A stretch of DNA of 64,000 nt from Pantoea sp. (GTDB taxonomy: Bacteria; Pseudomonadota; Gammaproteobacteria; Enterobacterales; Enterobacteriaceae): the NCBI RefSeq assembly GCF_039594315.1, contig NZ_JBCNNP010000018.1, forward strand, positions 8,389-72,388, given 5' to 3'. The position numbers and the translations under genes are program-made. Shown piece after piece: positions 22,569-32,700 of this stretch. Below the pieces are notes generated by a model. The model made no database searches and was not told the DNA's origin. It saw only the letters and a list, made by a program, of their open reading frames with translations. Numbering within the stretch: position 1 is the first letter of the stretch; each line of letters starts with the position of its first letter.

Positions 22569-24082
22569 GATCCCTGCTCCTCAAAACAGGCGGATGCTGC
22601 ATCGAGACGATCCCAAAGCGGCTGTGCCTGTAGATAAAGTTGGTCGAAGATTTCGAACTGACGTTGATAGGCATCGTGCAGACGCGCATCGGGCTGGATT
22701 TCGCTGGCAATCTGCACCATGCGCTTTACGCCCTGGCCGAGATCGCTGAAGTGACCGATGCCAGTCGCGGCGAGAATGGCGCTGCCCAGCGTGCCGTTTT
22801 CCTGATTGGCGGTTTGCAGCATCGGTCGGTTATAAACCGAGGCTTTGATGCTCAGCCACAGTTCACTGCGCGAGCCGCCGCCCGAAGCGATGATGGTGTC
22901 CGGCATGGTGCAGCACTCGCTGAGCTGACGCAGATTGCGCCATGAGGCGAACGCCACACCTTCCAGCACCGCACGATACAGGTGCCCGGCTTCGTGACGG
23001 CGCTGCAAGCCAAACAGCTGACCGCGCGAGTTGCATTTCTCTGCCAAACGCTCACCGGTGAGGTAAGGCAAAAACAGCAAACCTTCTGCGCCCGGTTTCT
23101 TCTCTGCGGCGAGGCGCAACATCTCTGGATGCGAATGTTGTCCGCCACCAAAGGCTTCACGCGCCCAGCGCATCGCATCGCCACCGGCATCGAGCAAAGT
23201 AAAGCCGCCCCATGCGTCATTGCTCAGATGCAGGTTGTTGACCTGGGTGTGCAGCAACGGCGCATCACTCACCACGGTAATTAAGGTCGAGGTGCCAGTG
23301 CTGTCGGACGCCTGGCCTGGCTTGTATACGCCTGAACCCAGCAGGCTGGCGGCCATATCGGCGGTGCCTGCAACAACCGGAATGCCCATTTGCAGGCCGG
23401 TTGCGCGCGCCGCTTGCGGGCTGATGCTGCCAATCACGTCGCTGGCGGCATGAATCGCAGGTAAAAGATCGGCGCGTAGTTGGAAGCGATCAAGTGCGGC
23501 GCTGGACCATTGGCGCGTGGCGCTGTCCATCAGGTAATAGCAGGACGCTTCGCTGTAATCGGTGGCGCGCACGCCGGTGAGTTGGAAATTGATGAAATCT
23601 TTCGGCATCAGCACGCTAGCAACACGCGTCCAGATGTCAGGATGATGCTCACGAATCCATTGCAGCTTGAACGCGGGCCACGCTGGCGTGGGCGGATTAT
23701 TGAGATGCTCAAGCCAGAATAGCGCATCTTCCTGTTCGCGGAAGGCAGCAACCTGCGACCAGGCACGCTTGTCGTTCCACAGCAGGGCACGGTCTTCGAC
23801 CAGGTTGCCTGCGCTGTCCAGCAGCACCGTGCCGTGCATCTGTCCACAGGCCGCAACGGCGGCAACTTGTGTCATCTCAGCGGCAAAGCGCGTGGTTAAT
23901 TCCCGGATGCCGTCGCAAACAGAGTTCCACCACAGCGACGGGGCTTGTTCCACCCAGCCAGGCTGCGGGCTCGTCTGTGAATATTCACGTTGGGCAAAAC
24001 CGACGATATCGCCGTCGGTAGTAACAAGAGCAGCACGCGTGCTGCCCGTGCCAATGTCGAGGGTAAGAAGGTATTTTTTCAT
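22565..24082 (-). CDS. FGGY family carbohydrate kinase
   Basis: 505-aa ORF starting MKKYLLTLDIGTGSTRAALV (FGGY N-terminal ATPase motif). Translationally coupled to the transporter gene by a 4-nt overlap. Confidence 0.85.
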   Translation of the reverse strand: MKKYLLTLDIGTGSTRAALVTTDGDIVGFAQREYSQTSPQPGWVEQAPSLWWNSVCDGIRELTTRFAAEMTQVAAVAACGQMHGTVLLDSAGNLVEDRALLWNDKRAWSQVAAFREQEDALFWLEHLNNPPTPAWPAFKLQWIREHHPDIWTRVASVLMPKDFINFQLTGVRATDYSEASCYYLMDSATRQWSSAALDRFQLRADLLPAIHAASDVIGSISPQAARATGLQMGIPVVAGTADMAASLLGSGVYKPGQASDSTGTSTLITVVSDAPLLHTQVNNLHLSNDAWGGFTLLDAGGDAMRWAREAFGGGQHSHPEMLRLAAEKKPGAEGLLFLPYLTGERLAEKCNSRGQLFGLQRRHEAGHLYRAVLEGVAFASWRNLRQLSECCTMPDTIIASGGGSRSELWLSIKASVYNRPMLQTANQENGTLGSAILAATGIGHFSDLGQGVKRMVQIASEIQPDARLHDAYQRQFEIFDQLYLQAQPLWDRLDAASACFEEQGS

Positions 24083-24124
24083 TATTCACTCCATATCACG
24101 CCGGAGAGTTGCAGCGTTTTTTAC

Positions 24125-24838
24125 TTAGTTCTGTGCCAGTTCCGGGAACAGCGACGGATCTTGTTCCAGTTGCGCCAGCACTTTTTCGGTAGCGCTGGCG
24201 CTCATGCCAAAGCGGCGCACGCCCAGGCGATACAAGGTACGGATGGTGTCGAGGTCGCGGATGCCGCCCGATCCTTTAATGCGCAAGCGGCCTTTAAGTT
24301 GATCGGCGATGATCGCCACTTTCTCTTCGGTCGCGCCGGTCGGTGCCCAGCCGGTGGAGGTTTTGATCCACTTCATGCCCGCTTCAACCGCGATGTCGCA
24401 TACGCGGCGGATCTGCTCTTCATTGAGGTAATGGGTTTCGAGGATCACTTTGGCTTCGATGGGCGCTGCGGCTTCTACCACGCGTTGCAGATCCTGCTTC
24501 ACTTCATCAAAACGGCCGGATAACACATTGCCGATGTTCACCACCATGTCGACTTCACGCGCGCCGTCGCAAATCAGCTGACGCACTTCCTGCACTTTGG
24601 TGTCGGTGGCGTGACCGCCGCTTGGGAAGCCAACCGGGCCACCAATCATGATCTCACCGCGACCTTGTTCTGGCAGCAGCGTGCTGAGGAAGCGCGTCCA
24701 GCACGGCAAAACGTGGATGGCGATGATGTTGTAGCGGATCGCCAGTTCAGCACATTGACGGATGTCAGCTTCGGTGTTGGTGGCCTGCACGGCGCTGAGA
24801 TCGATCATGCGCGCCATTTGTTGGGTGATGCGATTCAT
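24125..24838 (-). CDS. Deoxyribose-phosphate aldolase (DeoC/DERA family, class I)
   Basis: 237-aa ORF with IDLSAV.., GFPSGGH, EVDMVVNIG, KVILET and the Schiff-base lysine context WIKTSTG..KGSGGIR. Confidence 0.85.
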   Translation of the reverse strand: MNRITQQMARMIDLSAVQATNTEADIRQCAELAIRYNIIAIHVLPCWTRFLSTLLPEQGRGEIMIGGPVGFPSGGHATDTKVQEVRQLICDGAREVDMVVNIGNVLSGRFDEVKQDLQRVVEAAAPIEAKVILETHYLNEEQIRRVCDIAVEAGMKWIKTSTGWAPTGATEEKVAIIADQLKGRLRIKGSGGIRDLDTIRTLYRLGVRRFGMSASATEKVLAQLEQDPSLFPELAQN

Positions 24839-24977
24839 TTTCTCTTCCTTTCAATTTAAATGACGAAGTGACAGTAAATGAAAGTAAATGTGAAAGTAAT
24901 CGCGAGTGGTGGATTTTGTGATCTGTGAAGTGAAAATAGATGAAAGTAAGTACAGGAAAGAAAGATCGCACAATTCC

Positions 24978-25054
24978 GTAGCGGCGCGATTTATCGCGCA
25001 ATGCCTGGATGGGCAAAGTGCCACATCAGGTCGCGCGATAAATCGCGCCGCTAC
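24978..25054. repeat. ~75-bp palindromic intergenic element (family B, copy 1)
   Basis: GTAGCGGCGCGATTTATCGCGCAATGCCTGGATGGGCAA...GCGCGATAAATCGCGCCGCTAC. A second copy at 34727-34799 shares both arms and the central AATGCCTGGATGGGCAA. Confidence 0.85.
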
Positions 25055-25074
25055 AAATCGCAGAATGTGGTGAA

Positions 25075-26352
25075 TTAATGCAATTGTTGAATCAATCCTG
25101 GCAATTGTGAAAGCAAATACAAAATCAGCCCAATTGTCCCGCCGACCAAGGTGCCGTTGATGCGGATAAACTGCAAATCGCGGCCAATATTCAATTCAAT
25201 CTGTTGCGACATATCGCGCGCATCCCAGCTCTTCACTGTATCGCTGATATGACGCGTCAGGAACGCTGCAAACTCCGGCGCCACGCTGCGTGCGGCATCT
25301 TCCAGATGCTGATTCATTGAGGCACGCAGCGCTTCATCGGCGGCCAGCGTCTCACCCAACCACAATGCCGCCAACCGCACGCGCTCCTGCACGCGTGAAT
25401 CTTCGCTGTTCAAATCCTCTTTCAACCAACTGCGCATGTCCTGCCACAGTTCGCCAATATAGCGATTGAACGACTCATCTTCTTTAAGCCAGTTCTTGAT
25501 GACTTCGGCACGTTCAGCCATTTCGGGATCGCTTTTCAGACGATCAATCAGCCGATGCACTGCGCGATCAAAGCCCAAACGCAGCTCATGTCCCTGATCC
25601 AGCGCCACCTGATCGAGAATCGAATCTACGGCGTTTGCCACTAAATCGGCGCTGTGCTCGCCCAGCCATTCGGTCGGCAGCATTTTGGCTTTGATCGGAT
25701 GTTCACGCTTCAGCCAGCGCACAATCTGCGTGGCGATAAACTCGCGCGTGCCGGGTTTGTGCAGCAGACGCAGCAACTGTTGCACCGCCGCATCCAGCAA
25801 CTCCTGATGGCGATTGTTTTTGGTTAAGCTGTCCAGCAACAACGCGCTGGATTGGGTGAGATCGACTTTATCCAGCGCGCGATGCACCGCGCGGCGCAGG
25901 AAACGCTGGATACGTTGATCGTCGGTGAGATCGAGAAAGCCGCGCATCACCTGCAACAAATGGCGGCCAATGCGATCGGCGTTGCCCGGCGTGTTCAGCC
26001 ACTGCGCCAGCATTTGCGACGGATCGTGGCGGCGAATCAGCGCCAGCAGCGAATCGGTATCGAGGAATTTCTCCTGCACGAAGCGGCCCAAATTCTCGCC
26101 GATGCGATCTTTATTGCGCGGGATAATGGCGGTGTGACGCGAGATAAACGGCACCGGCACACGGCGAAACAGCGCTACCACCGCGAACCAATCAGCGAGC
26201 GCTCCGACCATCGCCGCTTCGGCAATTGCCTTGACGCCGAGCACCCAGAAGTTGGGTGGCAGAAACAGAGTGATGACAAAAATCGCTGCCGCAATCAGCA
26301 GCAGCGACAGCGCTAAACGCTTACTGCGTTTGAGTTGTTGAAATTTATCCAT
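25075..26352 (-). CDS. DUF445 family membrane protein (YjiN-like)
   Basis: 425-aa ORF with N-terminal and C-terminal TM segments flanking a long helical region. The family assignment is from memory of this architecture. Confidence 0.6.
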   Translation of the reverse strand: MDKFQQLKRSKRLALSLLLIAAAIFVITLFLPPNFWVLGVKAIAEAAMVGALADWFAVVALFRRVPVPFISRHTAIIPRNKDRIGENLGRFVQEKFLDTDSLLALIRRHDPSQMLAQWLNTPGNADRIGRHLLQVMRGFLDLTDDQRIQRFLRRAVHRALDKVDLTQSSALLLDSLTKNNRHQELLDAAVQQLLRLLHKPGTREFIATQIVRWLKREHPIKAKMLPTEWLGEHSADLVANAVDSILDQVALDQGHELRLGFDRAVHRLIDRLKSDPEMAERAEVIKNWLKEDESFNRYIGELWQDMRSWLKEDLNSEDSRVQERVRLAALWLGETLAADEALRASMNQHLEDAARSVAPEFAAFLTRHISDTVKSWDARDMSQQIELNIGRDLQFIRINGTLVGGTIGLILYLLSQLPGLIQQLH

Positions 26353-26375
26353 AACTCCCTATCAATCCATGGGAT

Positions 26376-27878
26376 TTAACGACGACGACCGCCGAGTAAA
26401 CTGCCTAAAACACCGCGAATAATTTGATTAGTCACCTGACGTGCCGCGCTTTTTGCCACGCTCTGCACCACGCCGTCGCGCTTGCCGCCGCGCGGGCCGG
26501 TGGTGCCAAACAGAATATCCTTCAGCCCGCCAAGAATGCCGTCATCGACTTCGACATTGTTGCCTTTGGCTTCCGGCGCGTTGGCTTGCTGCGTGGTGGC
26601 CTGCACACCTTTTTGCAGCATCTCAAACGCCGATTCGCGATCCACTTCGGTGTCGTATTTACCGTACAGCGGCGAGTTGTTGATTAGGCCATTGCGCTCA
26701 TCTTGCGTCACCGGTCCCATGCGCGAGCCGGGCGCGATCACTATCGCCCGTTGCACCATTGAAGGACTGCCTTTTTCATCAAGGAACGATATCAGCGCTT
26801 CGCCAGTTCCGAGCGCCTGAATCGCCTCGACGGTATCAAACGCCGGATTAGCGCGCATAGTTTCTGCCGCGCTTTTTACCGCTTTTTGATCTTTCGGCGT
26901 GAAAGCGCGCAGCGCGTGTTGCACGCGATTACCGAGCTGGCCGAGCACGTTTTCAGGAATATCGGACGGATTCTGCGTAACAAAGTAGACGCCGACGCCT
27001 TTGGAGCGAATCAGGCGAATCACCTGTTCCACCTTTTCCAGCAACACCGGCGGCGCATCGGTAAACAGCAGATGCGCTTCATCGAAGAAGAACACCATCT
27101 TCGGCTTATCCAGATCGCCAGCTTCCGGTAAGTGTTCATACAGCTCAGCCAGCAGCCACAGCAGGCTAGTGGCGTAGAGTTTCGGCATTTGGTAGAGCTT
27201 TTCCGCCGACAGGATATTAATGAAACCTTTACCATTGCTGTCGCAGCGCATCCAATCGCGAATATCCAGCATCGGTTCGCCAAAGAAGTGCTCGGCACCT
27301 TGCTGCTCCAGCGCCAGTAAACCGCGTTGAATCGCACCAACCGACGCGCTGTTGATATTGCCGTACTGCGTCTGGAAACCTTTAGCGTTGTCGCCGATGT
27401 ATTGCGTCATGGCGCGCAGATCTTTGAAATCCAGCAGCAACAAACCTTGGTCATCGGCGATGCGGAAGATGATTTGCAGCACGCCGGATTGCACTTCATT
27501 GAGGTTGAGCAGGCGCGCTAGCAGCAGCGGACCGAGATCGGACACCGTGGCACGCACCGGATGGCCTTGCTGACCAAAAATATCCCACACCATCACCGGA
27601 TTTTTTTGCGCCTGCCAATCGGTGACGCCGATTTTAGCCAGCCGCGCCAACAGCTTTTCGGAACCTTCGCCAGCGGCGGAAACGCCGGTGAGATCGCCTT
27701 TCACATCCGCCATAAACACCGGTACGCCGATATCCGAGAAGGATTCCGCCAACTTTTGCAGCGTCACGGTTTTACCGGTGCCGGTCGCGCCGGTGATCAA
27801 ACCGTGGCGGTTGGCCATGTTGGAGAGCAGGTGCAATTGAACGTCGGGCGTTTGGGCAATCAGTAACGGGGTGCTCAT
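26376..27878 (-). CDS. yjgR: HerA-like P-loop ATPase, DUF853 (YjgR)
   Basis: 500-aa ORF with Walker A (GATGTGKT), Walker B (VFFFDEAH) and a basic C-terminal tail. Confidence 0.88.
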   Translation of the reverse strand: MSTPLLIAQTPDVQLHLLSNMANRHGLITGATGTGKTVTLQKLAESFSDIGVPVFMADVKGDLTGVSAAGEGSEKLLARLAKIGVTDWQAQKNPVMVWDIFGQQGHPVRATVSDLGPLLLARLLNLNEVQSGVLQIIFRIADDQGLLLLDFKDLRAMTQYIGDNAKGFQTQYGNINSASVGAIQRGLLALEQQGAEHFFGEPMLDIRDWMRCDSNGKGFINILSAEKLYQMPKLYATSLLWLLAELYEHLPEAGDLDKPKMVFFFDEAHLLFTDAPPVLLEKVEQVIRLIRSKGVGVYFVTQNPSDIPENVLGQLGNRVQHALRAFTPKDQKAVKSAAETMRANPAFDTVEAIQALGTGEALISFLDEKGSPSMVQRAIVIAPGSRMGPVTQDERNGLINNSPLYGKYDTEVDRESAFEMLQKGVQATTQQANAPEAKGNNVEVDDGILGGLKDILFGTTGPRGGKRDGVVQSVAKSAARQVTNQIIRGVLGSLLGGRRR

Positions 27879-27997
27879 GATTTTTCACTCTCCGGCAATA
27901 GGTTATGCCAGAAAGGATAGCAAGCGACGCGCGAGGTGGGATGAAGATTGTGCCGAAAAGGGTGAGGTGGCGCGAATCTCACATTTATCGCTCGGAC

Positions 27998-28042
27998 GGC
28001 CCCTTCTCCCACTTGTGGGAGAAGGTTGGGATGAGGGGCAGC
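27998..28042. repeat. REP-like palindromic unit (family A variant)
   Basis: GGCCCCTTCTCCCACTTGTGGGAGAAGGTTGGGATGAGGGGCAGC. Confidence 0.8.
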
Positions 28043-28056
28043 CCGCACCCTCTAAA

Positions 28057-29625
28057 TCACTTTTGCACCGTATCAAAAAACAGCAAACTCACACCAATCC
28101 CTTGCTGCACATGATTGACGTTATTGCGCACTGCAACCTGCTGCGCACCTTGCAGCGTGACCACAAACGGCGAATTCTGCTGCACCGTCTTTTGCAACTC
28201 GGTATACAGCGCGCGACGTTTCACGGCATCGCTTTCACCAGCGGCGGCGCGGGTTTTGGCGCTTAATTCAGGTATATCCCAGCCGACGCGCCACGCCAAC
28301 GTTTTCGATCCGCCCGGCACGTTATAGGCAAAGGCGCTGGCGTTGGTATTGGGATCGACATAATCCGCACCCCAATAAATGAAGATCGACTGGAAATCGC
28401 GGCCGCGCATTTTGCTCCACAACTCCGATTCCGCCACTGGTTGCAACTCGATCTGTACATCCGCCTTGGCGAAACTGGCTTGCAGCGCCTGCGCCACATC
28501 AATGTAGGGCGGCTGATTAATCACCGTCAGCGAAAATTTGGTGCCTGGCTTAATGCCACCTTGCGCGAGAATTTGTTTGGCTTTGGCCACATCATAGTGG
28601 AACGGCTGATCGTCCAGCGCGCCGTCAAAGCCTTGCGGCAGGAAGCTTTGATGAATGCGGTATTGGCCTTTCAGCAAATCGTGCGATACGGTTTGGTAAT
28701 CCACCAACCAGCGTGCCGCTTGCCACAGCGCTGGATTGCCCAACGCCGGTTGCGCTTTATCTTGGGTATTGAAGCCAAGGTAATACACCAGGCTGGACGG
28801 GAAGGCTTCGATGCGCAGATTTTTGTCGCTCTTCAACGCATCAATCTGGTCCGGGCCAAGCTGATACGCCACATCCACATCGCCTTGCTGAATCAACAAA
28901 CGACGTGCCCCAGCATCCGCCACGCCTTTCAGCAGAATGCGCTGAAGTTTGGGCTGCGGACTAGCCTGTTTATTGGCGCTCAACACCAGCGCCTGCTGCG
29001 GCACATATTGCTGAATAACGAACGCGCCGCTACCGGCTGAGTTTGTGTGCAGCCAGCCGTTGCCCAGATCGTTATTCGCGACATGCTGCTGCACGGTTTT
29101 GCTATCCACTACCGAAGCCACTGGCGCAGTCAGCAAGCGCAGCGCCAGATTTTGACCAATCTGCGCTGGCCATTGAATCTCCAGTTGATGGTCATTTAGC
29201 ACCTTGAATTGGCTGGCAATGTTCTCTTTGGTCCAGCCAAATTCGGCGAGGATGAAAGAGGGCGCTTTGTTGAGCTGCACCGCACGGGTGAGCGAGAAAA
29301 TTACATCCTGCGCGGTGACCGGATTGCCGCTGGCGAAGTGCGCGTTGGGCTGGAGAGTGAAGACTAAACTGTGTGGCGTGCTGCCTGCTTGCCATGAGGT
29401 GGCGAGCAGCGGCGCCAGTTTCTGCGGCGAATTGCGATCCGCTTCTACCAACGTCTGATAGATATTGCGCTGTACGCTGTTGCTGACGGTTTCAAAACTC
29501 TCGGCAGGATCGAAGCTGATAATGCCATCCAGCGGCACGGCGACGACTAAAGTATCTTTCGGCGTCGCCGCGTGCACCACGAAACTGCTGCTCCACAAGG
29601 CGGCTAACAAAATGAGTAAACGCAT
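28057..29625 (-). CDS. ABC transporter substrate-binding protein, family 5 (peptide/nickel/opine type), orphan
   Basis: 522-aa ORF with a signal peptide (MRLLILLAALWSSSFVVHAATP) and SBP_bac_5-like length and composition. No permease or ATPase genes are adjacent. Confidence 0.8.
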   Translation of the reverse strand: MRLLILLAALWSSSFVVHAATPKDTLVVAVPLDGIISFDPAESFETVSNSVQRNIYQTLVEADRNSPQKLAPLLATSWQAGSTPHSLVFTLQPNAHFASGNPVTAQDVIFSLTRAVQLNKAPSFILAEFGWTKENIASQFKVLNDHQLEIQWPAQIGQNLALRLLTAPVASVVDSKTVQQHVANNDLGNGWLHTNSAGSGAFVIQQYVPQQALVLSANKQASPQPKLQRILLKGVADAGARRLLIQQGDVDVAYQLGPDQIDALKSDKNLRIEAFPSSLVYYLGFNTQDKAQPALGNPALWQAARWLVDYQTVSHDLLKGQYRIHQSFLPQGFDGALDDQPFHYDVAKAKQILAQGGIKPGTKFSLTVINQPPYIDVAQALQASFAKADVQIELQPVAESELWSKMRGRDFQSIFIYWGADYVDPNTNASAFAYNVPGGSKTLAWRVGWDIPELSAKTRAAAGESDAVKRRALYTELQKTVQQNSPFVVTLQGAQQVAVRNNVNHVQQGIGVSLLFFDTVQK

Positions 29626-30157
29626 TATTTTTATCCTGAATGATTGATATCCAGACTGTATCGCTGCTGATACTCAGGAAAAAATGCCGCTTTGTTCTGA
29701 GCTATGCCGGAAATAACAATTGATTACATTCGGGTATTATTGGCTTAATTTTGTGCGCCACTTGTCATTTCCCGGAAATAGATCGTTCATGGCGTAGTCA
29801 ATTAAGTAAATAAGATGTTATAAATGAGAACAGTTCTCTGGTATGGAAGTATGATTTTTTTTCATTGATTCATTTCAGCGATTATTACCTGGCGCGATAA
29901 TTCCTGGTCAATTGCCCACTAATTAATAGCTAAATCCCAACATTTGTACGGTTAAACCCGCAAATCCCGCATCGAAAGCCTTTCACCAAGCCTTAACCTA
30001 AATTCAACATGATGATTGATTTTCATCAAAACACATCCTTAATTGAATTTTTACATTCAGAAATATCTGTATCCCTAATATTGCCAGGTTCTTTACCGAT
30101 GAATAAAGCCATTAACAAAAATAATTATCTTTCTTAGCAAGTGAGAGCTGTCACGCC

Positions 30158-30889
30158 ATGCTTCTAAATAAACCGACCACCAGACGTAAGTTTTTGCTGG
30201 GTTCGCTGTTGGCTTTGCCATTAAGTGACCTGGTATTTAAGGGATTAACTGCGGCGCAAGCAGCAGAAATGGCAGCACCGGAACTCGCCGACTATAAACC
30301 GATCTTTTTCAGCGCTGATGAGTGGCAATTCATTCTCGCCGCGGCGGATCGTTTAATTCCAGCGGGCGGCAAGGGTAAAGCGCCGGGTGCACTGGAAACC
30401 AACGTGCCGATCTTTATCGATCAGCAACTGCACAGCCCGGAATTTGGCGGGGAAATCTACATGCAAGGTCCGTTCGACGTGCATGCGCCAGCCACTATGG
30501 GTTATCAAATTCCGTTCACGCCGCAAGAGATCTATCACACCGGCATCAAGCTGGTGGATCAGTGGACGCAAGCAACCTACCAGAAACCGTTCCATGAACT
30601 GTCGCTGGAAGAGAAAGATGCGGTCCTGACCAAAGTGAACAAAAACGACGGTATCGACTTCGCCGCACTGGGCGAACCGAACCTGAAAGCCTCGCAGTTC
30701 TTTAGCCAACTGCTCTCGGATACCAAACACGGTTACCTCGCCGACCCAATGTACGGCGGCAACAAAGGCATGAAAGCCTGGATCGCCATCGGCTTCCCGG
30801 GTGCACGCGCCAGTTTCACCGAATGGGTGAAGCAGCACAACGTGCCGTACCCGCTGGGACCGGTCAGCCTCTTGGGTGAACGCGCGTAA
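30158..30889 (+). CDS. Gluconate 2-dehydrogenase subunit 3 (small gamma subunit), Tat-exported
   Basis: 243-aa ORF with a twin-arginine leader (KPTTRRKFLLGS). First gene of a three-gene FAD dehydrogenase operon. Confidence 0.8.
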   Translation: MLLNKPTTRRKFLLGSLLALPLSDLVFKGLTAAQAAEMAAPELADYKPIFFSADEWQFILAAADRLIPAGGKGKAPGALETNVPIFIDQQLHSPEFGGEIYMQGPFDVHAPATMGYQIPFTPQEIYHTGIKLVDQWTQATYQKPFHELSLEEKDAVLTKVNKNDGIDFAALGEPNLKASQFFSQLLSDTKHGYLADPMYGGNKGMKAWIAIGFPGARASFTEWVKQHNVPYPLGPVSLLGERA

Positions 30890-30926
30890 GCACACCCCCG
30901 TTTTTGGTTTATGAGACAGGATTAAC

Positions 30927-32696
30927 ATGGCACAGATTACCAAGAAAGAAGTCGACGTCGTCGTATGCGGCCTCGGCTGGGCAGGCTCGCTGATGAGCAT
31001 CGAGCTGGCGATGGCCGGGCTGGAAGTGCGCGCGTTAGAGCGCGGCGGCGAGCGCGATTATCCCGACTTCGCTTATCCGAAACCGGCCGATGAATACGCT
31101 TATAACGTGCGTAACAAAGTGTTCGCGACACCGAAAGAAGTGGCGGTCACCGTGCGTTACAACAGCAACCAAACCGCGTTGCCAACCCGTAAGTGGGGCG
31201 CGTTTGCGCCAGGCACCGGCGTCGGCGGCGCAGGCATGCACTGGACGGCGGTACTGATTCGTCCAACGCCAACCGACATCAAGCTGAAAACGTACGTCGA
31301 TGAAGCTTATAAGCCGGGCATCTTGCAGGAAGATATGCGCGTGATGGACTTCCCGTTCACCTGGGAAGAGATCGAGCCGTATTACTACAAGTTTGAGCTG
31401 ATCTGCGGTCAATCCGGTAACACCGGCAACCTGCGCGGTCAGATTCTGCCAGGCGGTGATCCGTTTGAAGGCCCGCGTTCTGAACCTTATCCGTTGCCAG
31501 CGCTGGAAGACACGCTGAACAACGTGATGTTCAAAGAAGCCGCCACCAAACTCGGTTATCACCCGTTCCCGAACCCGTCTGCGTGCGTATCCCGCGCGTG
31601 GAAAAACCCGTACGGCAACCAGATCGCACCGTGTAACTACTGCGGCTACTGCTCGAAATATCCGTGCCTGAACTACTCGAAAGCCTCGCCGCAAACGGCG
31701 GTGATGGATTCACTGAAGCGCATGCCGAACTTCTCTTACGAAGTGCACGCCGAAGTGGTGAAAGTGGTACTGCACGATGATCAGAAAACCGCCAAAGGCG
31801 TAATTTACTTCGACGTTGATGGCAACGAAGTGTTCCAGCCGGCGAAAATCGTGGTGCTGTCCAGCTTCCAGCTGTACAACGTGCGCCTGATGTTGCTGTC
31901 TGGCATCGGCAAGCCGTATAACCCGATCACCGAAGAAGGTGTGGTAGGACGTAACTACGCGTTCCTGTCGAACGGCGGCGCGACCTTGTTCTTCAAAGAT
32001 AAAAACTTCAACTCTTACGCTACCGCAGGCGCCACCGGCCAGATGTTCAACGACATCTCACCAGGCAACTTCGACGGTCCAGGCCTGGGCTTCCTTGGCG
32101 GCGCGAAAATCCACAGTTCGCAAGCCACCGGTACGCCAATCGCCACTTCACTGCCGAAAGGCACGCCAAGCTGGGGCATGGGCTACAAAGAGGGTCTGGA
32201 GCAGTGGTACAACCACTCGATGAAGATCAGCATCACCACTACGTGCCAGTCGTACCGCGATATCTATCTGGATCTCGATCCACACTACACCGACCATCGC
32301 GGTCTGCCGCTGCTGCGTATGACCTTCAACTGGAAAGAGAACGAACTCAAGCTGCAACAGCACTTGAAAGGCATCGTCGGCAACATCGCGAAAGAGCTGA
32401 ACCCAGATAGCATGAGCATGAGCTTCCTGCCGATGGGCGCGGATTTCGACCTCACCAAATACGTTTCGACGCACAACGTCGGCGGCGCGGTGATGGGCGA
32501 TAACCCGAAAACCTCTGCACTGAACAAGTACCTGCAGAGCTGGGATGTTCATAACGTGTTTGTGCCAGGCGGCAACGCCTTCCCGCAAAACTTCCAGGCG
32601 AACCCGACCGATACCATCGGCGCGATCACCTTGATGGCGGCACAAGCAATCAAAGAACATTATCTGAAAAATCCCGGTCCACTGGTACAGGCATAA
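30927..32696 (+). CDS. GMC-family FAD-dependent dehydrogenase large subunit (gluconate 2-dehydrogenase flavoprotein type)
   Basis: 589-aa ORF with an N-terminal FAD-binding fold (VDVVVCGLGWAG) and a GMC C-terminal region (HNVGGAVMG). Confidence 0.85.
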   Translation: MAQITKKEVDVVVCGLGWAGSLMSIELAMAGLEVRALERGGERDYPDFAYPKPADEYAYNVRNKVFATPKEVAVTVRYNSNQTALPTRKWGAFAPGTGVGGAGMHWTAVLIRPTPTDIKLKTYVDEAYKPGILQEDMRVMDFPFTWEEIEPYYYKFELICGQSGNTGNLRGQILPGGDPFEGPRSEPYPLPALEDTLNNVMFKEAATKLGYHPFPNPSACVSRAWKNPYGNQIAPCNYCGYCSKYPCLNYSKASPQTAVMDSLKRMPNFSYEVHAEVVKVVLHDDQKTAKGVIYFDVDGNEVFQPAKIVVLSSFQLYNVRLMLLSGIGKPYNPITEEGVVGRNYAFLSNGGATLFFKDKNFNSYATAGATGQMFNDISPGNFDGPGLGFLGGAKIHSSQATGTPIATSLPKGTPSWGMGYKEGLEQWYNHSMKISITTTCQSYRDIYLDLDPHYTDHRGLPLLRMTFNWKENELKLQQHLKGIVGNIAKELNPDSMSMSFLPMGADFDLTKYVSTHNVGGAVMGDNPKTSALNKYLQSWDVHNVFVPGGNAFPQNFQANPTDTIGAITLMAAQAIKEHYLKNPGPLVQA

Positions 32697-32700
32697 GCGC

